From positions 31,036-95,035 of the forward strand of contig JAPDJY010000034.1 of assembly GCA_029258835.1 (NCBI GenBank): a DNA stretch of 64,000 nucleotides, read 5' to 3'. The notes beneath the pieces were generated by a model. It made no database searches and was not told the DNA's origin. It was given only the letters and a program-made list of their open reading frames with translations. Of the stretch, positions 37,853 to 47,765 are shown one piece after another (within the stretch, counting starts at the first letter, position 1; each line of letters begins with the position of its first letter). Origin of the DNA: Thermoproteota archaeon. GTDB taxonomy: Archaea; Asgardarchaeota; Jordiarchaeia; Jordiarchaeales; Freyrarchaeaceae. Both the position numbers and the translations under genes were made by a program.

Positions 37853-39601
37853 ATGATGTTCTCTAAGATAGCGGATTTCTATGAGAAGATAGAGGCTACA
37901 ACTAAAAGGCTGGAAATGATAGACCTGCTAGTTCAGCTCTTCTCTGAGACACCCAAAGACATAATCGACAAAGTCGTATACCTAACTACGGGTCGTCTTT
38001 ACCCGCTCTTTGTGCCGATAGAGCTTGGAATGTCTGAGAAATTGGCGATGAGAAGCATAGCCATGGTTGCAGGGGTTCCCGTCGAGGAAGTAGAGGGGCT
38101 TCTTAAGGAGACGGGCGACTTAGGCCTAGTGGCTGAGACATTTGTGAAGAAGAAGAAGCAAGCATCTCTCTTCCAGCAGCCTTTAACCGTAGAGGAAGTA
38201 TATGAAACACTAGATAAGATAGCAAGGGCGACCGGTGAAGGATCCGTCGAAACCAAGCTTAAACATCTGTCAAAGCTGCTTCTTAACGGCACACCCAAAG
38301 AGGCGAAGTACATAATGAGGATGGTTGTGGGGGCGTTACGCCTCGGAATAGCCGACTACACGATCCTTGACGCGTTAGCGGTTGCCTTTACTGGCTCTAG
38401 GGAAAACAGGCCGGTGCTTGAAAGGGCGTATAACATAACATCCGACCTTGGACTCGTAGCGAAGGTTGCTGCAACGAAAGGACTGGAAGCCCTTCAAAAG
38501 TTTAAGGTGACTGTTGGGAGACCGGTTAGGATGATGCTCGCCCAAAGGGTTTCCTCTCCCGAGGAGCTCCTAGAGCGCATGGGTGGCTGCTTCTCAGCCG
38601 AGTACAAGCTTGACGGGGAAAGAATGCAGATCCACAAAGACAACGGAGCCGTCAACATATTTTCAAGACGGCTAGAAAACATCACCCACCAGTACCCTGA
38701 CATAGTTAAACTGGTGTTAGACCACTTAAAAGTAGAAAAGGCAATCGTTGAGGGCGAATGTGTTGCCATAAACCCCCAAACTAGAGAGCTGCTACCGTTC
38801 CAACAGCTTATGAGGCGTAGACGTGTTTATGGCATCGAGGAAGCGATGGAGAAGTATCCTGCTGCAATACACCTCTTTGACGTACTCCTAGTAGAAGACG
38901 AGGACTACACGGGGAAGCCGTATCCTGAACGGAGGAAGAAGCTTGCAGAGATCGTCTCCGAAAACGACAGAATAAAACTTGTCAGAGCCGAACTAGTTGA
39001 CAACGTGGAGTCGGTAGAACGCTTCTTCGAAATAGCGATAGAAGAAGGATGTGAAGGAATAATGGCGAAATCAGTCCAGCCAGACTCGATATACGAGGCA
39101 GGAAGCAGAGGGTTCAAATGGATCAAGTATAAGCGAGAGTACAAGACTGAAATGACCGATACCATAGACGTAGTAATAGTGGGGGCGTATATGGGTAGAG
39201 GGAAACGGGCGGGAGCATATGGAGCCCTCCTTGTCGCAGTTTATGACGAAGAAGAAGACTCCTTCAAGACCATCTGCAAGGTTGGTACAGGGTTCAGCGA
39301 CGAGGAACTCGAAAACCTTCCGAAAATGTTGGAACCATATAAAATCCCTCACAGACATCCTCGAGTTGACTCGAAGCTCGATGCTGACGTCTGGTTTACC
39401 CCCGCTAAAGTCGTCGAGATAATAGGGGCCGAGTTAACGATAAGTCAGGTTCATACATGCGCTCTTGGATACGCTAAAGAAGATAGCGGCATAGCTGTAA
39501 GGTTTCCAAGGTTTACTGGAAGATGGCGAGATGACAAGAGTCCAGAGGAAGCCACAACAGTCAAGGAGATTATTGAAATGTATGAGCAACAAAAAAGGTA
39601 A
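37853..39601 (+). CDS. lig: ATP-dependent DNA ligase
   Basis: EYKLDGERMQ, EGIMAK, WIKYK, VRFPRF. Confidence 0.97.
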   Translation: MMFSKIADFYEKIEATTKRLEMIDLLVQLFSETPKDIIDKVVYLTTGRLYPLFVPIELGMSEKLAMRSIAMVAGVPVEEVEGLLKETGDLGLVAETFVKKKKQASLFQQPLTVEEVYETLDKIARATGEGSVETKLKHLSKLLLNGTPKEAKYIMRMVVGALRLGIADYTILDALAVAFTGSRENRPVLERAYNITSDLGLVAKVAATKGLEALQKFKVTVGRPVRMMLAQRVSSPEELLERMGGCFSAEYKLDGERMQIHKDNGAVNIFSRRLENITHQYPDIVKLVLDHLKVEKAIVEGECVAINPQTRELLPFQQLMRRRRVYGIEEAMEKYPAAIHLFDVLLVEDEDYTGKPYPERRKKLAEIVSENDRIKLVRAELVDNVESVERFFEIAIEEGCEGIMAKSVQPDSIYEAGSRGFKWIKYKREYKTEMTDTIDVVIVGAYMGRGKRAGAYGALLVAVYDEEEDSFKTICKVGTGFSDEELENLPKMLEPYKIPHRHPRVDSKLDADVWFTPAKVVEIIGAELTISQVHTCALGYAKEDSGIAVRFPRFTGRWRDDKSPEEATTVKEIIEMYEQQKR

Positions 39602-39728
39602 TTATACTTGAACTTTTTAGTCGGTTGAACGATACCTAACCTTATCCTTTTTAGATTTTTCCCTCTTTGCAAAAGTTTTTAATATCTTTAAGAAATATAT
39701 CTCTGAAGAGATCGCTTTTTGTTAAAGC

Positions 39729-40145
39729 TTGGATGAGAGGTCGTTGAGTTTGTCTGTAGACCAAATAGTCGCAATTGTAAATGAACTTCTCTCGTCAAAT
39801 GAAAATATAACTGCAGCAGCAGTTTTAACAAACGATGGACGAGTGATATATCAAACAGATAATTGGGACGTCACAGGAGACGTCGCAGGGTTGCTCTCTG
39901 CTTGGAGGGAAAAAGCAGCCTCGATATCCATTCAAGGAATCAAATATTCCGTCCTTCAGGCCACGGAGGAAAGACTCATAGCAACCAATGTTAGCGGCCT
40001 AGGACACATTATACTTTCAACGGCACAATACCGTGGCATTCTATTGGTCTACGTTGCACCCCAAGGCGATACCGGAGGATCCTATGTAGACGTTAGCAGG
40101 GCTGCTGTAAAGCTAGGCCAAGTGCTTCAGGCTATGGGCTACTAA
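39729..40145 (+). CDS. Asgard-type profilin-like protein
   Basis: YQTDNWD, IQGIKYSVLQATEERLIATN..G.GHI pattern recalled from Asgard profilins; ~130 aa. Confidence 0.8.
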   Translation: MDERSLSLSVDQIVAIVNELLSSNENITAAAVLTNDGRVIYQTDNWDVTGDVAGLLSAWREKAASISIQGIKYSVLQATEERLIATNVSGLGHIILSTAQYRGILLVYVAPQGDTGGSYVDVSRAAVKLGQVLQAMGY

Positions 40146-40203
40146 ACTTGCAGCTTCAATATTTGATAAGTGAATAACTTAAGGCCCCCTCTTTCTTTCC
40201 CTC

Positions 40204-40911
40204 TTAATATATCCTCCTGACGAGTTTTACCTCGTCCTTCTCCATGTCATATTCTACCAGTTTAGCGTTAGCCAAGTCGTGTATGCTTTTGAGAATTACT
40301 GCCGGTTGGAATCCCGCCGTCTTTGTAAGCTCATTTCGCTTTAGGCTGCTTTTCGCCCCATGCAGTATGTAAAGGACCTTTGCATGTGGCTGCCCTGCAA
40401 AAACCTCCTCAAGTAATGTAATGTAAATAGAGAGAAGCTGTCTAACATCCTCCACTCTCTCCCTCTCTTTCGTGATCTCCCTATACATTTTTGAGATCCT
40501 TAAGAGCTGCTCTTGTATGGCTTCCATTTCCGCTTTAACCCTCTCGTTCTCCTCTCTAAGCATGGTTAACTCTTCATCTTTAGACTTAACATCTTCCATA
40601 ATTTCCCCCATTTTCTCCTTTAGCCTTGCAACTTCGCCTGTTTTTTCCTCCAATAGTCTCCTAAGCCTCTCAGCTTCCAACTTGAGCTTTTCAGCCGCCT
40701 CCTCTTTACTTTTAACCATCTCCTCTAAGCTAATTATTTTCCCGTCCCTCTCCTTGATTTCTTTCTCTTTAAATGCTAAAGTCTCTCTCATTTTTTCAAC
40801 TATCAACTTAGCATCCTCTACTTCCTTACTGAGCTCCCTCAGCGACTGACCGACTCTTCCTAATGCTTCAACGGCATCCAACACACCCTCCTCCTGAGAT
40901 CTTATCATCAT
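40204..40911 (-). CDS. Coiled-coil protein with C-terminal winged helix
   Basis: ~160 aa of E/K heptads, then PHAKVLYILH...ELTK...IHDLANAKLVEYD wHTH-like domain. Confidence 0.7.
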   Translation of the reverse strand: MMIRSQEEGVLDAVEALGRVGQSLRELSKEVEDAKLIVEKMRETLAFKEKEIKERDGKIISLEEMVKSKEEAAEKLKLEAERLRRLLEEKTGEVARLKEKMGEIMEDVKSKDEELTMLREENERVKAEMEAIQEQLLRISKMYREITKERERVEDVRQLLSIYITLLEEVFAGQPHAKVLYILHGAKSSLKRNELTKTAGFQPAVILKSIHDLANAKLVEYDMEKDEVKLVRRIY

Positions 40912-41108
40912 TCCCCCCTTAAAACACGCCTAGAATATGGTTTACCTTGTTACTCATATTGATTTCTCTTAAATTTTCCTCATCACTTTCATTATCATTA
41001 TCTCTTTTTTCTTCCTTTAATTCTAACTTTTAACCTCTTTCGATAGTTTTAAAGCGTATTCCAACCTTTAACTTTATTTAGAAGCACTCATGTCATGGTT
41101 GGGGGCTC

Positions 41109-42089
41109 ATGGAAGAAGCGGCTAAGGATGTAATAGCCAAGGTTGTAGGTGAAAGTATCCAGAAAAGCATAGAACCTTTCGTACGAGCTCTTCTTAGAAG
41201 CATAAAGTTAATCAAGGACGATGTGGCATCCGTCGCAGGCGAGCTTGAAGCGTACTCTCGTGAATCAGCAAGCCGGCTAGACGCGCTTTCCTCCATCCTT
41301 CAAGACCTTTCTGATCGCGTTCAGCAGCTAGAATCCGTGCAGAGTGAAAGATCATTACAACCCTCCATAGTTCACTCGCCTGAATTAGACTCAGAGCACT
41401 TAAGTGATGTAATCAGAGAAAAGGTCAGAGAACTTGTTGAGCCCCTCGAGAAATCCACTCAGAGAATCCTAGATCAGCAACTTACCCTTTCAAAAGGAAT
41501 AACTAAGGTAATAGACCTCTTAGAAGACCTAGTGAACCTAGTCATGGAAGTTAAATCAACCATTTCAAAGCCAACGCTGCAGTTCCCTGCTGTCAGCCAG
41601 CAACCATCTGAATCCCCTGAAAACCTCGAGAGTGTTAGCGCTCCATCAGAAGAAATTGAAGAGGAGCAGCCATCCGAAAAACTCTTTTCTCAGCTAAGCG
41701 AGGCAATAAGCTCCCTAACAAAAGCCGATTACGAAGAACCAGAGGAGGCCGCATCAGAACCCGTCGAAGTTGAAGAAGGAGAAGTAGAAGAGAACATAGC
41801 TACTGGAGAACCCCAACTTGGAGGGCAGTTGACGCCTCCCCTAACCCCACTAGCATCATCGCAAGAGAGTTCGCCTCCTCTAACAACCCTCGAGGAGATA
41901 ACTGATGAGATTAACAGGTTAGAGAATCGATTAGCAGAGATAGATAGAGACATTACAGATTTGACGTTTGATAGAATGCGTGGTATTCTAACAGAGGAAG
42001 AATACCAGGAAAAGAAAGCTGCTTTGATAAAGGAGAAAGAAGAGCTGAGAAAGAGAATCGAACAGTTAATCTCTGAAATGGAAAAGTAG
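41109..42089 (+). CDS. Helical protein with acidic/Pro-rich linker and C-terminal SHOCT/CdvA-like hairpin
   Basis: C-terminal DL.FDRMRGILTEEEYQEKK motif. Confidence 0.6.
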   Translation: MEEAAKDVIAKVVGESIQKSIEPFVRALLRSIKLIKDDVASVAGELEAYSRESASRLDALSSILQDLSDRVQQLESVQSERSLQPSIVHSPELDSEHLSDVIREKVRELVEPLEKSTQRILDQQLTLSKGITKVIDLLEDLVNLVMEVKSTISKPTLQFPAVSQQPSESPENLESVSAPSEEIEEEQPSEKLFSQLSEAISSLTKADYEEPEEAASEPVEVEEGEVEENIATGEPQLGGQLTPPLTPLASSQESSPPLTTLEEITDEINRLENRLAEIDRDITDLTFDRMRGILTEEEYQEKKAALIKEKEELRKRIEQLISEMEK

Positions 42090-42131
42090 GCCTTTTAGAA
42101 AGCCATTATCATCCTTGGCGGAGGTTTTACC

Positions 42132-42407
42132 TTGAAGTTTCTTAAAGATGTCTGGGAGTATTATTTTACTACTTCAACAGGTAGGAATGGGAAACGTATC
42201 ATAGTCATCCATGCTGTCGCCCCCTTAAAAAGGCTTAAGGATTTAGGCTTGGATGACGAGTCAAAGATTAAACAGTTATGGCTTTCAGCTCTCTCGGAAG
42301 TCCCTTCCCTAAGCAAGAAATCACTTGACAACTCCTTATTCGAAATAGACTTTGGAAGCGAGGAAGTTGAAGTACGAATAACCCTCTCCCAAGAAGACAT
42401 CTCCTAA
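42132..42407 (+). CDS. Hypothetical protein
   Basis: 91-aa ORF with GGAGG RBS, operon-like spacing. Confidence 0.55.
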   Translation: MKFLKDVWEYYFTTSTGRNGKRIIVIHAVAPLKRLKDLGLDDESKIKQLWLSALSEVPSLSKKSLDNSLFEIDFGSEEVEVRITLSQEDIS

Positions 42408-42430
42408 GAAATACATTCTATTTTAACGGA

Positions 42431-43057
42431 GTGGGAAAGGTGATCTTGTTGATTCACGGGGTTTACCTTATAGACGAGAAAAGTGGCACAAATTTGCTGT
42501 TTAGAAAGTATGGTGAACTCGACATGGACGAAACGCTTATATCTGGCTTTCTAACAGCAATAAGGCACTTTTCTTCCGAGTTAAAGAGGGAAAAGGAACC
42601 AAACCGTGTTCAAGAAATAGAAATGGAAACCTATAAAATCGTTTACGCGTTTGAAGGGGAAGTACTCGCGGTTGCAATAGTTGACAGGGGCGACAGCACC
42701 CCCCTAGTCAGATCCGCTCTAAAAAAGTTGGCTGCATCATTCTCTAATGATTACGCTGCTATTTTAAGGGAATGGAATGGCGACGTGTCGATCTTTAAAG
42801 ATTTTCTTCCAAAACTAGATGAAATATTAATGGACGGGAAGATTGGGGAGCAGGTTAAGAAGCCAAAGTTAAAGAGAAAACTGATGAAAAGCATGGTTCG
42901 CATAGGCTTCATTAGCGAGATAGCATTTTTGGTTGGTGAACTATGTGACGGAAAGAAATCTAGAGATTTTATTGCAAGCGAACTCGGCATGCCCCTAGAG
43001 AAGGTGATTGAAGCCTTAGGGGAACTAGAAAAGAAAGATTTAATAGAGTGGGTTTAA
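42431..43057 (+). CDS. Longin-like domain protein with C-terminal winged helix
   Basis: GVYLID..SG..L, LISGFLTAI, F...Y...L.EWNGDVSIF; CDGKKS...IASEL...LEKKDLI wHTH. Confidence 0.7.
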   Translation: MGKVILLIHGVYLIDEKSGTNLLFRKYGELDMDETLISGFLTAIRHFSSELKREKEPNRVQEIEMETYKIVYAFEGEVLAVAIVDRGDSTPLVRSALKKLAASFSNDYAAILREWNGDVSIFKDFLPKLDEILMDGKIGEQVKKPKLKRKLMKSMVRIGFISEIAFLVGELCDGKKSRDFIASELGMPLEKVIEALGELEKKDLIEWV

Positions 43058-43060
43058 CTC

Positions 43061-43990
43061 TTATTCTGCTTCATACTGTACACCTGCTGTTATCAGTATT
43101 AGCGAGAGGAACACTATCATAGGTGCTAGAAAGATAACCCATTCCCCAAGCATCGCCTTTATGATCGCTGCTTGGACAGCCCGGCCTATGTAGTACGTTG
43201 TGAAGCCAAACCCCATGAGCAACGCCTTTCTCCTTATCACCCCAACTCCTTGCCAAGCTATGTAAAAGAAAAGTAATGGGACAAATATCGAGTAAAGAGA
43301 AGCCAATACATAGTTTATAGTCAAGTATATTGTTCCACTTGGCTGGTAAGCAATAACACACTTCAAGGGGAAATATGGGCTGAACGGGTCGAATCCAAGC
43401 CATACCAAAAACTTTTCATATAGCTCCGCTGAGAAAGAAGGCATATATAAGTTTATCGTGTCGATACCGTACCCGAAGAGCATGTTTTCAGGAAGCAGAA
43501 TTAACAATGCTGCAATGATGAATGGGGGAATGTGAAGGGTTCTTCTGACCCATTTGTTTTCAAACCAAACATAAGATGTTCCTAATACTATGAAAGCGAC
43601 ACTAACCCATTGCCAGAAGGATCCTAAACGCCAACTCCAAGGACTATACGTGAATACTGCGGGGACAAATTGGGGATATGGCACTGTCATGGAGGAGAAA
43701 GCGCCGAGGGTAAGGGGTATTATCCACGGTCTAGCGTAAAAATCGTATACTATGAAGAATCCTCTTCCTATAGCGAGGGTGATGAAGAAAACAGCGAGAG
43801 ATAGGTGGAACAGGTTTCTATCCTTCCTCCACTTAAAAAAGGTTAAGTAAAAGAAGAGCAAGAAGTAGTAACCCACAACGGTGAACCATAACCCTATAAT
43901 AAGCGTACTTGAAACGTACTGTTCGGGAATCATGTTTTCCCCTCCCTTACATGTTTTACAGGAACTTTTTATATAAGCGTTGCTTTTCAT
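43061..43990 (-). CDS. Polytopic (~7 TM) membrane protein
   Basis: About seven hydrophobic segments, no soluble output domain. Confidence 0.7.
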   Translation of the reverse strand: MKSNAYIKSSCKTCKGGENMIPEQYVSSTLIIGLWFTVVGYYFLLFFYLTFFKWRKDRNLFHLSLAVFFITLAIGRGFFIVYDFYARPWIIPLTLGAFSSMTVPYPQFVPAVFTYSPWSWRLGSFWQWVSVAFIVLGTSYVWFENKWVRRTLHIPPFIIAALLILLPENMLFGYGIDTINLYMPSFSAELYEKFLVWLGFDPFSPYFPLKCVIAYQPSGTIYLTINYVLASLYSIFVPLLFFYIAWQGVGVIRRKALLMGFGFTTYYIGRAVQAAIIKAMLGEWVIFLAPMIVFLSLILITAGVQYEAE

Positions 43991-44055
43991 GTTGTGTTGC
44001 CACTTAATTTGCTGCGATACTAAGAGTTAATGGCTCATCATCTTGGAGGCCTTGT

Positions 44056-44889
44056 ATGAAGCGTATCTTGGGCGTGTCATCAGGATGCTTCCTTCATCGA
44101 GGAAACGGATACGTTGCCCCCCTACCGATACCGGAAGAATTAAAGTCATGCTGGTTCGAACTTCAGGTTGAACGGGGTTATTCTTTCGAAGATTTTGAGA
44201 AAATAATCTCCATTCATTTGCCATTTCGCGAGTACCACCCTGTAATTAGGGGTGGCAATAGGATCTTTTTGGAGGGAAGGAGCATAAACATTGCCACACT
44301 AGATTCATCCTTAAGAAGGAAGTGGCTGAGTAGTTTCAAGAACGTTCTTTCCGATGCCGCTTCTAGAGGTGTCTTAGCTGCAGTACTACACTATGGGGGG
44401 TGCGACTGCAATGGTTCTGCTCGTCTCGATGAAAATCATAGACTCCTCCACTGGGAGGCGGAGAAATCCTTTCTTAAGGAGTTATCAAGGCACTGCGAGA
44501 ACCTAGGCGTCCTACTCTTGGTGGAGAATCATCCCTACGACGACTCGATCTTTCTAAGTCATTTTAAGCATGTAGTGAGCATAATCAATGAGGGTCTTGC
44601 GGCATTCTGCCTCGACCTACCTCACGCATACTACCGTGAGGTTAAGATGGGAGACGTCAGCCTAAAAGAATACGTTCGACACTTAAAAAACCACATACTT
44701 GAAGTACACTTAGCTGATAATAATGGAGTAGATCACGCCCCTCTCCCACTAGGGGAGGGACGCATCGACTTTAACTTTGTATTTAACTCCCTTACAAAAA
44801 CACGCTTCTTCATAGTGGAGCTGAGAGAAAACCCTGCGTACTCCATTAAAGTAGCCGAAAGATACATGAAGAAAGCTAAAGAAGGATGA
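44056..44889 (+). CDS. Sugar-phosphate isomerase/AP-endonuclease-2 TIM-barrel protein
   Basis: SIHLPF, VLH, VEN, LDLPH, VHLADN...H.PLGEG.IDF, VE. Confidence 0.85.
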   Translation: MKRILGVSSGCFLHRGNGYVAPLPIPEELKSCWFELQVERGYSFEDFEKIISIHLPFREYHPVIRGGNRIFLEGRSINIATLDSSLRRKWLSSFKNVLSDAASRGVLAAVLHYGGCDCNGSARLDENHRLLHWEAEKSFLKELSRHCENLGVLLLVENHPYDDSIFLSHFKHVVSIINEGLAAFCLDLPHAYYREVKMGDVSLKEYVRHLKNHILEVHLADNNGVDHAPLPLGEGRIDFNFVFNSLTKTRFFIVELRENPAYSIKVAERYMKKAKEG

Positions 44890-44930
44890 CCTACTGTTCA
44901 TTACACGTTTTGAGCGTTTCTTTCGCTTTT

Positions 44931-46196
44931 TCACATAACCCTAACTTCCAAATCCATGATTGCCTCTTGGAACAGCCTGTAGGCTATGTCCGAGAACGTA
45001 AATAGCACCCTCCCTATCTTATCCTTTAATGGTGCTTTCTCAGGATACCCCCAGTCGTAAAGAGGCTTTCCTAAGAGCATTTCAAGTCCAAGGGGAATCG
45101 TTACCTTTGCCATGAGTGAAAGGTTTGAAAGCTCTCTAATACCTCTGCTTTCAAGGTACTTTTCCGGGTTCATCACGCTCTCCCTTTTAAGGTCTTGAAC
45201 CCTCTTAAGGGATGAGTCAAGGTAAAGCTGGATCTCCCTAACTCCCCGAACAATCTCATCATCAAGAACGCTGGAAAATTCTCTCAGGATGCTCTCCATT
45301 TCATTAGATATTTCCTTTATAGGGGTGCGCCATAAGAAATCTGAAATCTTGTTTAGCACTCTCCTCAGCCCAGAGTCCACACCCCCTCTCTTCATCTCCT
45401 CGATCTTCCTGTCTAACTCCACCACAGCATTTAGAAACCCATCTAGGTTCACCCCAAGCTTATCTCTAATCTCCTCGTGTTCCAGCAAGTAAAACTTGTG
45501 CATTTCCTGCTCTAGAGTAAAGCCTACGGCAGCTGAAGCCCCTATGAGCATGTCAAGAATAACGTCCAAAATCCTTTTGAAACCAATTTTCTCTAGTAGC
45601 ATGTTAAGCCTATCCCAGAACATCCTAAAGATCATTGTTCTCTCCTTTTTCATCAAGCCTAAAGCATGATCTCCCGGCTTAAAGTAAAAGCAATATCCTT
45701 TAAGAGCCTCTCTAAGGCTACCCTTCACCCCAAGACTCCCCAAGAACAGGGATGGAAAACCGTGAGCCGCAGTGTTAAGGTAATAGTAAGCTCGCTTTCC
45801 ATCGCTTGGGTAGCTAAAGATTATGACCCTCTCCAAGTCGCCAGGGTGATGCGCCATGTCAGGGGCAACGGTAAACCCTTTACTGTATGCCATGAGGACG
45901 TATATTACATACCTCTCCTCCCCCTCCCTCAATCCTGGAAGCTTCATTGTGAACCCGATCTTTTCGAAGACGCTTTCCTCCTCTTTAGCCCACTCTGACG
46001 CTACAAGGTAGAAGCTCTTCCTCTCAAACTCGTCTGAAAGCATTTTAAGGATACCGAGCGTGTCACGTTTTTTAACGTACTCGTCAAGTCTCTCGAAGAC
46101 AGCACTGATAACCTTTAAGCTCCTCTTAAGCACATACTGTCGGCTCCGATCCTCATAGATGACCACTCTCTTAGGTAGGTAAACATCAACTTCCAT
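44931..46196 (-). CDS. Hypothetical protein
   Basis: 421-aa ORF with GGAGG RBS; HHPGDLER, AAHG and PGDHA His motifs. Confidence 0.65.
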   Translation of the reverse strand: MEVDVYLPKRVVIYEDRSRQYVLKRSLKVISAVFERLDEYVKKRDTLGILKMLSDEFERKSFYLVASEWAKEEESVFEKIGFTMKLPGLREGEERYVIYVLMAYSKGFTVAPDMAHHPGDLERVIIFSYPSDGKRAYYYLNTAAHGFPSLFLGSLGVKGSLREALKGYCFYFKPGDHALGLMKKERTMIFRMFWDRLNMLLEKIGFKRILDVILDMLIGASAAVGFTLEQEMHKFYLLEHEEIRDKLGVNLDGFLNAVVELDRKIEEMKRGGVDSGLRRVLNKISDFLWRTPIKEISNEMESILREFSSVLDDEIVRGVREIQLYLDSSLKRVQDLKRESVMNPEKYLESRGIRELSNLSLMAKVTIPLGLEMLLGKPLYDWGYPEKAPLKDKIGRVLFTFSDIAYRLFQEAIMDLEVRVM

Positions 46197-46277
46197 CCTT
46201 TTCCCTCCAGCCGCCGCACTTAAACTTCTGTAATACTAAGATCACTTCGCGCAACCCTCAGCTATTCTTTCTCATCC

Positions 46278-46745
46278 TTACCTCTTATAGTCTTCGGAAA
46301 AATGTACTTTTTCTCTTTTAACTCTAAAGAAAACGATAATCGCCGCTACTACGTAAAAGAAGGATACGAGAAGTAATAACCGTAAGAGTTCGATGAACCG
46401 AGTGAACCCTATTCCAAACCCGAGCAGACACCCCGTAGCAACCCTCAACCAGTTTTTACTCTCCCTTCCAAGAACACTCTGCGTTCCCCAATCGACTAGA
46501 GCTGGTGTCAGAAACAAGGTAACTATAAGCATCGCTAGAGGCTCTGGAACGTAAAGCCACTTCCAAACATAAAACTGAACTATAATTCCCAAGATGAACC
46601 CGATTGTTAATCCGCTGCAACGAGCACACAGCCGCAATTCACGCCCACGAAACCTAACCTTTAAAGTTCTATGTGCATACTCCTCTGTATGATGTGAAAG
46701 AAGGAAAAGTAGGAACTTCTTAACTTTCTCCCTAGAAACATTCAT
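46278..46745 (-). CDS. DUF2085 membrane protein
   Basis: LCARC.G, P.LVDW.TQ...RES.N.LR..TG. Confidence 0.85.
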   Translation of the reverse strand: MNVSREKVKKFLLFLLSHHTEEYAHRTLKVRFRGRELRLCARCSGLTIGFILGIIVQFYVWKWLYVPEPLAMLIVTLFLTPALVDWGTQSVLGRESKNWLRVATGCLLGFGIGFTRFIELLRLLLLVSFFYVVAAIIVFFRVKREKVHFSEDYKR

Positions 46746-46813
46746 TAATCCACCTCACATGTACTTTAGGAAAAAATATTAGTTAAAAAAGAGGGGGTCA
46801 GGTGGCTGCTTCA

Positions 46814-47008
46814 CTACTCTCTAACTATCAAGTAAATTATTAGCCCTATAATGCCTGTTAAAAGCACTATTATTAGCCAGAGGGCGCCTTCCATTCCTCT
46901 CTCCTCAGCATCCCTGTAGACCCAGACCGCTAAGATAATAGCGACAATGCACCATAACGCAATTACCAAGTATGTTACTCCCATTATAAACTGAAGCGGC
47001 AGCAACAT
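46814..47008 (-). CDS. Small membrane protein (PLDc_N-like)
   Basis: WVYRDAEERGM...LW.....L.GIIGLIIYL. Confidence 0.75.
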   Translation of the reverse strand: MLLPLQFIMGVTYLVIALWCIVAIILAVWVYRDAEERGMEGALWLIIVLLTGIIGLIIYLIVRE

Positions 47009-47162
47009 CCATTTTCCCTCCTAAAACTCCATTAAGCTAAGATAAAACACATATTGCCTATAAAAATGTTAAGCAGTCCATCGCCTCTTTCTTAAGTAAG
47101 ATCATTATTCTCCTTAACCTTTTTATTGAGAAATTTGGATATTTATACGTATACGAAAAACC

Positions 47163-47765
47163 GTGGGCGAAAAACCGTGGGTGGTGCATTTTCTTTTGAA
47201 GGTTGAAACCGTGCTCTTCAACGCACCCGGTCCAAAGAACACCGATGAAACGCTAAAGATCGCCAAATCGTTCGCAGAAGCAAATCAGGTGAAAGACGTG
47301 GTTATAGCCTCCACAACAGGTGCCACGGCTCTAAAGGCAGTTGAGTTATTCCCTCCAGAAGAATTTAACCTCGTTGTCGTCACCCATAGCTATGGTTTCG
47401 TTAAGTCGGGCGAGCAAGAGTTTAGCAGTAAAGCTAGGGAGACACTTGAAAAGAGGGGAGTAAAGGTTCTAACATGTATCCATGCACTTTCGGGTGTTGA
47501 ACGCGCGTTTAGAAATAAGCTCGGAGTATGGATGCCCGTAGACCTGATCGCACGAACGTTCAGATCTGTAATTTGCGATGGATTTAAAGTATGCATAGAG
47601 ATCTCCCTCATGGCCGCGGACGCCGGCCTAATACCAGTAGACAAGGATGTAATAGCAATTGGAGGGACAGGGAGAGGAGCCGATACGGCGGTTGTCCTTA
47701 AACCCGCAGAGTCATCTCATTTCCTAGACCTACGGGTCCACGCCATACTCTGCAAACCCATCTAA
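47163..47765 (+). CDS. Pyruvate-kinase C-terminal-like protein (MTH1675-type)
   Basis: PG..NT, IASTTG.TA, VVVTH, HALSGVER, KVC.EI..MAADAG, GGTGRGADTA. Confidence 0.88.
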   Translation: MGEKPWVVHFLLKVETVLFNAPGPKNTDETLKIAKSFAEANQVKDVVIASTTGATALKAVELFPPEEFNLVVVTHSYGFVKSGEQEFSSKARETLEKRGVKVLTCIHALSGVERAFRNKLGVWMPVDLIARTFRSVICDGFKVCIEISLMAADAGLIPVDKDVIAIGGTGRGADTAVVLKPAESSHFLDLRVHAILCKPI

